A DNA stretch of 17,948 nucleotides from Elusimicrobiales bacterium (lineage in GTDB: Bacteria; Elusimicrobiota; Elusimicrobia; Elusimicrobiales; UBA9959): positions 1 through 17,948 of the forward strand of contig JBMFKQ010000030.1 of NCBI GenBank assembly GCA_049972095.1. Direction: 5' to 3'. The notes under the pieces are model-generated. The model did no database searches. It was not told where the DNA came from and was given only the letters and a program-made list of their open reading frames with translations. Within the stretch, counting starts at the first letter, position 1; each line of letters begins with the position of its first letter. Made by a program: the position numbers and the translations under genes. Positions 1 through 6,391 of the stretch are shown here, piece by piece.

Positions 1-212
1 CTTTCCATCTCTTTATTCATCCAGTCTTTATCCTCTTCTATAGACCTCAATTCCCTCGTAAGCCTTAACCTGTCTTCCTGAAGTATCTCCTTCTCAAATT
101 TAAATCCCTTCTCCACTTCATCATGATGATAATGCCCATGCCCATGCTTCCCTTCATAACCAGTTAACCTTAAAATCAATTCATCTATAGCACCCTTCTC
201 AAAATGTTTCAT
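1..212 (-). CDS. 5' fragment of a hypothetical protein with His-rich N-terminal motif followed by predicted coiled coil; truncated by window edge
   Basis: Not in ORF track; translated by hand: ATG at 212, MKHFEKGAIDELILRLTGYEGKHGHGHYHHDEVEKGFKFEKEILQEDRLRLTRELRSIEEDKDWMNKEME..., no stop in 70 codons; strong SD AAGGAGGTG at 215-223; promoter upstream. Confidence 0.85.
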   Translation of the reverse strand, partial: MKHFEKGAIDELILRLTGYEGKHGHGHYHHDEVEKGFKFEKEILQEDRLRLTRELRSIEEDKDWMNKEME

Positions 213-239
213 ATCACCTCCTTAATTATAGTTTAAAAA

Positions 240-268
240 ATTTTATCAAAAAAAACTAACCCAGTCAA
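240..268 (-). promoter_or_regulatory. sigma70-type promoter for the His-rich coiled-coil gene
   Basis: Minus strand TTGACT (268-263), 17-bp spacer ending in TGA, TAAAAT (245-240): -35 plus extended -10 (TGnTAAAAT), 17 nt upstream of the SD. Confidence 0.7.
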
Positions 269-478
269 TATGCTGTAAGATCTCTATACATTTTGGACTT
301 TTCTGGTGTTAATTCTTTATTCTCTATCTTCCTTTTTTTCCTTAAGATCCTTTATTTTGTCCCTGCTATAATAGTCACACGCAGTCTCTTTTAGACTCAA
401 GTTATTATCAAAGGAGTCGATTGTATAATGAGCTATTCACTTAAAACATTCGAAAATTGATATGTGATAAGAAATCTT

Positions 479-2611
479 CTAATATTTGTTAATAGGATTT
501 TTAGATCTCTCAAGTATTTCAAGATAGTATCGGGCTTGAGAATAAGCTGGATTTATTTTTAAAGCTTCTATCAGGTGAATTTTAGATCTATTTTTGTCTT
601 TATCCCAATACAAAACAGCAAGATTGTAATGTGCAGTATATAAAAGTGGATTAAATTTTAATGCATAAAAGTATGATTTTTCGGATTCAACAAAGTTATT
701 TAGCTTTTCATAACATACACCCATATTTAGATATGCGTATGAGATATCTATGTTAATTGAATCAAATACTTCCTTAAATGATTTATATAATTTAGCTCTT
801 CTCTTGAGTTCAAAAAGAATACTCTTTGCTTTTATAAAACTTTCAAGGGCTTTGTCCCATTTAGCTTCATCTGAATAGATTATTCCTCTGTAAAAATAGA
901 TATTTTTATTCATCTCATCAAGTTGTTCAGCATCATTCAAGTATTCAAGTAAAATAGAGTGTTTAGTCTTCTCCCCTAAATTTTTTGATATTATGTTAGT
1001 AATAGCCAGCGAATATTGAGCAGCAAGATCATATACAAAAAAATCATTATAAGGAGGTTTTATAGTTTTATATGATAATTTTGAGATCATATCAATATCT
1101 GTTTTCTCATTCTCTGGTTCAATTTCAACATATAAACCATAATGCTTTATTTTTAAATCTGATGGTATTTCGCAATCCGTTGTGGCAAATACTCTTTTGT
1201 TATTTATTTCTTTAAACATCTCCCAATTTTCTTTGCTATCCAGATGTAAAATTACAATATCTTTATTTATCCTAGATTTATGATACCACTTTGCACCAGT
1301 TAGTCCCTGCGCAATTACATCGACATCCTCCCTTATCTTCTCAACATATCTATAATACCATAAACTAAATACCTGAACATCTTTTTTAGCTACGATTATT
1401 GAGTTTTGAGGCAGATTGTTAAGAATGTCTTTTGAAAAGGTTTCTGTAATTCTTAAATTTTTCCTATTATAATGATTAAAATTAATAAAAATCGTGAAAA
1501 AAATCGATACTATAGCAAGAAAAAAAGATATTTTTTTATCTATAGCCCTCAGTCCAAAAAAGCTCATAAATAAAATTGCAATGTTCGGCACAAGATAGTA
1601 TGGTTCGACTATACTAAGTGAGTGAGGGTTTGGGGGCATATTTGCCAGATAAAGGAAAAAAGGTCCTGGTATAAAAAAAAGTAAGATAAAAAAATAGATA
1701 TCTTTATTTTTTTCTTTAAACATTTTGTAAAATCCGTAAAAAGAAAATATTATCAGTATGTTAAAATTTTTTATTATATGAATAAAATACGCTTTCAGAT
1801 TTGGAATAAAGTTTTCGCCTCGTTTGTATTTTAGTGAAATAAGATCAAGTGTGGAACCATAGCTTTTTCTTGTTATTATATCTATGAGATTTTTGATGTC
1901 TGATGGATCTGACCAATTGATAAGTGGATCTGATTTTGAAAGAAAATAAAGATATATATAAACAGAAAATCCAACTACAAAGACAATTACTGATTTTGTA
2001 ATTAATCTAATACCAACTTTAAAATTTTTCTTATATGTAAACACTGTAAAGAAAGAAGGATATATAAGAGATATATCCATCCTGTTTGTCATAAACAAGC
2101 CACAAAAATATATAAACAATAATATTTTCCCTTCTTCTAAATAATCAGGTATAATGAAAAACCTAAAGAAAAGATATATTAATATTGTTGTAAAAAGTAT
2201 ATGTAGGGAATACATCTCTGAAACGGTTGAAATACTAACCATAGTAGAATTTAAACAAAACAGAGATGATAGAAGATATTTTATTGGCGTTTTATCTTTA
2301 AATATCTCCTTAAAAATTTTTAACAAAAATACTCCAGACAGACTTCCTGCCACAGCAGAAAGAAGATTTAGTCTAAAAGCAAAATTTCCCGGTATTAGAC
2401 AAGAAAATACTTTACCAATAATATTATAAAGGGGATATCCTGGTTGATGAGATATCGATGAGGTGAAGATATCAAACGCAAATTCTCCCGCATCTCTATA
2501 CGGTGCAAGAACTGGAGGCATAAAATAGAAATAAGTTATAAAAATTACAATAAACAATATGATAGAATCAATCTCACGCTTAAAAAGATTTCTCAGTATG
2601 TTCCAAAGCAT
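479..2611 (-). CDS. DUF2723 / TMEM260-like GT-C fold membrane glycosyltransferase with C-terminal TPR repeats
   Basis: First TM followed by YRDAGEF...SHQPGYPLY (DUF2723 DxGE...HxPGYPLY signature), many TM segments to ~aa 380, W-x-D-P motif (INWSDP), soluble domain, then TPR-like helices (IYFYRGIIY, AYLNMGVCY, AHYNLAVLY, ALKINP). SD GGAG upstream. Confidence 0.85.
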   Translation of the reverse strand: MLWNILRNLFKREIDSIILFIVIFITYFYFMPPVLAPYRDAGEFAFDIFTSSISHQPGYPLYNIIGKVFSCLIPGNFAFRLNLLSAVAGSLSGVFLLKIFKEIFKDKTPIKYLLSSLFCLNSTMVSISTVSEMYSLHILFTTILIYLFFRFFIIPDYLEEGKILLFIYFCGLFMTNRMDISLIYPSFFTVFTYKKNFKVGIRLITKSVIVFVVGFSVYIYLYFLSKSDPLINWSDPSDIKNLIDIITRKSYGSTLDLISLKYKRGENFIPNLKAYFIHIIKNFNILIIFSFYGFYKMFKEKNKDIYFFILLFFIPGPFFLYLANMPPNPHSLSIVEPYYLVPNIAILFMSFFGLRAIDKKISFFLAIVSIFFTIFINFNHYNRKNLRITETFSKDILNNLPQNSIIVAKKDVQVFSLWYYRYVEKIREDVDVIAQGLTGAKWYHKSRINKDIVILHLDSKENWEMFKEINNKRVFATTDCEIPSDLKIKHYGLYVEIEPENEKTDIDMISKLSYKTIKPPYNDFFVYDLAAQYSLAITNIISKNLGEKTKHSILLEYLNDAEQLDEMNKNIYFYRGIIYSDEAKWDKALESFIKAKSILFELKRRAKLYKSFKEVFDSINIDISYAYLNMGVCYEKLNNFVESEKSYFYALKFNPLLYTAHYNLAVLYWDKDKNRSKIHLIEALKINPAYSQARYYLEILERSKNPINKY

Positions 2612-2679
2612 CCATATCTCCCCTTATGTGTGTTAGATAAAAAAATACACATCATCAAAGGATATTTTATTAGATAAAA

Positions 2680-2688
2680 ATTTTATCA
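2680..2688 (-). promoter_or_regulatory. candidate extended -10 promoter for the DUF2723 gene
   Basis: TGATAAAAT on minus strand ~70 nt upstream of ATG; identical 9-mer to the extended -10 at 240-248; no good -35. Confidence 0.4.
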
Positions 2689-2740
2689 TCAAGCGATAAT
2701 TCAAATTTGTAGAAGAGTTTTAAGTCTTGTTTGCTTTGTT

Positions 2741-2746
2741 TATAAT
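2741..2746 (+). promoter_or_regulatory. candidate -10 element for the M3 peptidase
   Basis: Consensus TATAAT 48 nt upstream of ATG 2795 and upstream of SD AAGGAGG (2782-2788); no convincing -35. Confidence 0.4.
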
Positions 2747-2794
2747 AAATTTTTAAAATAAGTAGTAGATTGATCGTTCATAAGGAGGAAGTCT

Positions 2795-4762
2795 ATGATA
2801 CCATCATTTAGATACACTCCCGAAGAAATTTCCTTGCTTGCAGATAAAGTAATAAGTGAGTTTGAGAAAAAAATTTCTGAAATACTTTCAATCCCAACTG
2901 ATAAAAGAAATTTTGAAAATACAGTTAAGGCTTTTGAAAAAGCCCTTGCAGAATTTAATCATCAGGTTAACATACCCATTTTTTTAGCTTATGTTTCACC
3001 TGATCCCAACATCAGATCACAAGCCCTTGAGCTTGAACAGAAGATAAACAAATATTCAGTTGATATCTTTACAAGAGAGGATATATTTAAGGCTGTTAAG
3101 TCGGTTGCAGAGACAAAAATTGAGGATGAAACGGATAAAAAACTTGTAGACAAGATAATCTTTACTTTTAAACAAAACGGTCTTTATGGTGATGAAAAAA
3201 CAAGAAGAAAGATTAAAAAACTTCTAAAGGAGCTTGTAGATCTTGAGCTTGAGTTTTCGAAAAATCTAAGGGAAAGCCATCAACAGATAGAGGTTGATGA
3301 AACTGATTTGAAAGGACTTGATGAAAATTATATAAAAAGACTTAGCAAAACCGAGGATGGCAGATATATCATTACAACTGACTATCCAGATTATCTACCT
3401 TTTATGGATAATGCAGAGTCTGATATAGCAAGAAAAGAACTTGAGGTAAAATTCAATAATAGATGTTATCCAGAGAATGTTGAGCTTATGGAAAGAGCAA
3501 TAAGAGTAAGACAAAGAATAGCAAAGCTTTTAGGATATAAAAACTTTGCAGATTATGTCCTTGAAGACAGGATGGCGAAAAAATCAGAAAATGTCATGAA
3601 TTTCCTAAAAGAACTCTATGAAAAGGTTAAAAAGAAGGGCAAAAAAGAATTAAGAACACTTCTTCGTATGAAAAATCAAAGAAATGATAGTGATGAAAAA
3701 TTTCTCTACAACTGGCAATGGCGATATTATGCAAATAAGCTTAAAAAAGAGAGGTATGATATAGATTATGAAAAGCTTAGGGAGTACTTCCCACTTGAAA
3801 AGGTTATATCTGGAATGTTCGAGGTTTTTGAGATAGTTTTTGATATCAGATTTGTAGCTAAAGAACTTGATAAATGGCATGAAAGTGTTAGAACTTATGA
3901 GGTTAGAGAGAAAAATGGAGAGACTATTGCATACTTTTATTTTGATCTTTTTCCAAGGGACGGAAAGTATAAACACGCTGCATGCTTTGGACTTATTAAG
4001 GGAATGCTTTTAGATGATGGGAGATATAGAAAACCCGCTGCAGCAATAGTTGCAAACTTTACCCCACCATTTGATGGTAACCCATCGCTCTTGAAACTTG
4101 ACGAGGTTGTAACACTTTTCCATGAGTTTGGTCATGTAACTCATAATATCTTTACGAGGTCAAAATATGCAATCTTTTCAGGCACATCAGTTGCAAGAGA
4201 CTTCGTTGAGGTCCCTTCACAATGCCTTGAAAACTGGGCTTATTCTGTTGATGTGCTTAAAAAAATATCATCTCATTATAAAACAGGCAAGCCACTTCCA
4301 CAAGATATTATTGAGAGAATAATAAAAGCAAAGAATGCTACAAGTGGGCTTCATTATTTAAGGCAGATATTTCTTGCAACACTTGATATGGTTTATCATA
4401 CAAAGAAGGGCAAGGTTGATACAACAAAGATATATGAAAAGTTGATGAAAAAGATATTTCTTATACCTATGACTAAGTCTACCCATCCTCAAGCAAACTT
4501 TGGACATCTTATGGGTGGGTATGAGGCAGGGTATTACAGCTATCTCTGGTCTGAGGTTATAAGCTGTGATTTCTTTGAAGAGTTTAAAAGAAATGGCATT
4601 CTTAACCCTTCAATTGGCTTAAAATACAGGGAAATGGTTCTGGCTAAAGGTGGAAGTATAGATGAGTCAAGGATAGTTAGAGATTTTCTTGGAAGGGATG
4701 TCCAGTTTGACGCATTTTTAAGACATATTGGAGTTGTTGATGAAAAAATATCAAACACTTGA
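2795..4762 (+). CDS. M3A family zinc oligopeptidase (thimet oligopeptidase/neurolysin-like)
   Basis: TLFHEFGH zinc motif, downstream DFVEVPSQ with third ligand Glu, DLFPRDGKYKHAACF and FGHLMGGYEAGYYSYLW motifs; strong SD; no signal peptide. Confidence 0.95.
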   Translation: MIPSFRYTPEEISLLADKVISEFEKKISEILSIPTDKRNFENTVKAFEKALAEFNHQVNIPIFLAYVSPDPNIRSQALELEQKINKYSVDIFTREDIFKAVKSVAETKIEDETDKKLVDKIIFTFKQNGLYGDEKTRRKIKKLLKELVDLELEFSKNLRESHQQIEVDETDLKGLDENYIKRLSKTEDGRYIITTDYPDYLPFMDNAESDIARKELEVKFNNRCYPENVELMERAIRVRQRIAKLLGYKNFADYVLEDRMAKKSENVMNFLKELYEKVKKKGKKELRTLLRMKNQRNDSDEKFLYNWQWRYYANKLKKERYDIDYEKLREYFPLEKVISGMFEVFEIVFDIRFVAKELDKWHESVRTYEVREKNGETIAYFYFDLFPRDGKYKHAACFGLIKGMLLDDGRYRKPAAAIVANFTPPFDGNPSLLKLDEVVTLFHEFGHVTHNIFTRSKYAIFSGTSVARDFVEVPSQCLENWAYSVDVLKKISSHYKTGKPLPQDIIERIIKAKNATSGLHYLRQIFLATLDMVYHTKKGKVDTTKIYEKLMKKIFLIPMTKSTHPQANFGHLMGGYEAGYYSYLWSEVISCDFFEEFKRNGILNPSIGLKYREMVLAKGGSIDESRIVRDFLGRDVQFDAFLRHIGVVDEKISNT

Positions 4763-4772
4763 CTTTTTACTG

Positions 4773-5621
4773 CTACCACCCTTTGATCTTTTCCTCTAAC
4801 TTTTTTCTCATCTTTTTATTAAAAGCATAACCTTCAAAAAAACTCATTCCATTTTTTTTTGCTATATATATAAACCTATCATCTACAGATGAAAGAAGAT
4901 CTATATCCTGGTCAAATTCAAAAAGCTCTTCTTTTTGAAGTATTTTAAGTTCAATTATCTCTTTAAGTACAGAATAACATTTCTTTTCCGAAAGTATCTT
5001 TATGATTTCATTTCTTATCCTTTCTTTTGAAAGAAGCTTTATATATGGGATAGAATCCAAAAGCAGCTCAAATGTCTTTTCTTCTACCTTCCAGCCAAAT
5101 CTTTGGGAAAATCTAATCGCCCTAAAAATCCTTGTTGGATCATCAATGAAGCTTTTTGTATGAAGAACTTTTATAATCCCTTTTTCTATATCGCCGATAC
5201 CGCCAAAAGGATCTGTTATCTCAAAAAGATTACTTTCATTAACTGAGACTGCAATGGCATTAACTGAAAAATCCCTTCTTGAAAGATCATCTTCAATTGA
5301 TGATGCGGCTTCAACAATAGGCAGCGATGCAGGATAAGGATACCTCTCCTTTCTAAATCTTGCCAGATCAACTCTTAGATCTTTAGATATCAATCTTAAG
5401 GTCATAAATTGGGGAAATTCTTCAACCTTCATTGAATATTTTTTCGCTAGCTCTTCAGCAATACTTTTAGGATGTAGTGAGAAGGTTATATCTATATCAA
5501 AGCAGTTTTTGCCAATATACCAATCACGCACACATCCACCGACAAGATATGCTTTGGCAGAATTTTTTATAGCAATTACTGTTTCTATTATATCTGTGTT
5601 ATTGAGAGGTTTTATCTTCAT
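4773..5621 (-). CDS. Class II tRNA nucleotidyltransferase (PolyA_pol family), short, A-adding-like
   Basis: GGCVRD...DIDI catalytic motif A, RKERY loop, DLSRRDFSVNA motif B, DPFGG motif C, SFIDDPTRIFRAIRF motif D, SKERI motif E. Confidence 0.92.
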   Translation of the reverse strand: MKIKPLNNTDIIETVIAIKNSAKAYLVGGCVRDWYIGKNCFDIDITFSLHPKSIAEELAKKYSMKVEEFPQFMTLRLISKDLRVDLARFRKERYPYPASLPIVEAASSIEDDLSRRDFSVNAIAVSVNESNLFEITDPFGGIGDIEKGIIKVLHTKSFIDDPTRIFRAIRFSQRFGWKVEEKTFELLLDSIPYIKLLSKERIRNEIIKILSEKKCYSVLKEIIELKILQKEELFEFDQDIDLLSSVDDRFIYIAKKNGMSFFEGYAFNKKMRKKLEEKIKGW

Positions 5622-6249
5622 CTATGAATTCTATCCCTTCCTCATCTTCCTCAAGAAGATCTACAAGATTTTTCAATCTTATAAGCGCTGGATTTTCTTC
5701 TAAAAGCATCCTAACTGTGTCAATAATATCGTATCTGTGAGGAGTTTTTTTGTAAGGTATTGAAAATGGTATGTTTAGCCTTCTTGCAGCATTTTTATCA
5801 GCAACAACATATTTAATATTCTTTTCCCTACATATCTCCTCTATAACCTCTGTTTCTTCTCCTATATCCTTATCCCTTTCAAGAAGATCTTTAAGCTCAG
5901 CTGTTCCAAAAAGATACCAGGGCTCAAAGTTTAGATCTGTTTTTGAGTTAAGATTCTCCTTGAGTAATTCGTAGTCACTCTCAAGCTTTTCAATAATCTC
6001 TTTTTTCTCCTTCTCATAAGATGGCATAACGAAAACAAGAAGCTGATTTTTTGGATCAAGATATATAAAGTTGTCTTCATAGAAGAAAATCTTTGAACAA
6101 TGAGGGCAGAGAAGAGAGTTGAAATCGCCACGCAGTATCATATCCTTCAGCTCCAGATCAACATCACCTCTTACCACAGTCCAAAACTTTGCCTCAAAAT
6201 CCTCTTTACAGTAAGGACATCTTACATTTCTTATATTCTCTATTGACAT
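5599..6249 (-). CDS. CpXC domain protein (putative zinc-binding)
   Basis: CPYC and CPHC pairs ~36 aa apart followed by FIYLDP, matching the CpXC family pattern; SD-like AAGGGG at 6259-6264; overlaps next gene by 23 bp. Confidence 0.85.
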   Translation of the reverse strand: MSIENIRNVRCPYCKEDFEAKFWTVVRGDVDLELKDMILRGDFNSLLCPHCSKIFFYEDNFIYLDPKNQLLVFVMPSYEKEKKEIIEKLESDYELLKENLNSKTDLNFEPWYLFGTAELKDLLERDKDIGEETEVIEEICREKNIKYVVADKNAARRLNIPFSIPYKKTPHRYDIIDTVRMLLEENPALIRLKNLVDLLEEDEEGIEFIDEDKTSQ

Positions 6250-6307
6250 TAGATTAATCCCCTTCTTTTATCCTTGCTTCTGTATTTGCGTTTGGATGCA
6301 GATTTTT

Positions 6308-6380
6308 AAGGGGCTATATTCTTTAAACTCCCAAAAGTTTTTTATATTTCTTTTGGGGATTTGAAAGGGGCAAGCCCCTT
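6308..6380. repeat. Nested inverted-repeat (REP/REPIN- or MITE-like) intergenic element
   Basis: Arm 6308-6337 aaggggctatattcttt-aaactcccaaaag versus reverse complement of arm 6350-6380 aaggggcttgcccctttcaaatccccaaaag; 12-nt AT loop; right arm contains perfect hairpin aaggggc-aa-gcccctt. Confidence 0.65.
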
Positions 6381-6381
6381 C
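6363..6381 (-). terminator. GC-rich hairpin just downstream of the histidine kinase stop; possible terminator or mRNA-stabilising stem
   Basis: GAAGGGGC-UU-GCCCCUUUC begins ~10 nt after TGA at 6392; U-tract short (3 U), so termination is uncertain. Confidence 0.45.
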
Positions 6382-6391
6382 TGAGTCAAGT

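Noticed and set aside
384..418. GACTC...GAGTC inverted repeat as riboswitch/ncRNA or terminator
   Set aside because: Only a 5-bp stem with a long loop, no U-tract, no recognised RNA family motif.
2672..2688. Fur box
   Set aside because: Palindrome half-site and spacing differ from TGATAAT-N-ATTATCA and flanking genes are not iron-related.
6243..6274. Plus-strand TTGACA as promoter for an antisense RNA over the palindromic element
   Set aside because: Overlaps the CpXC start codons and the nearest -10-like hexamer (TATCCT) is 20 bp away, too long.
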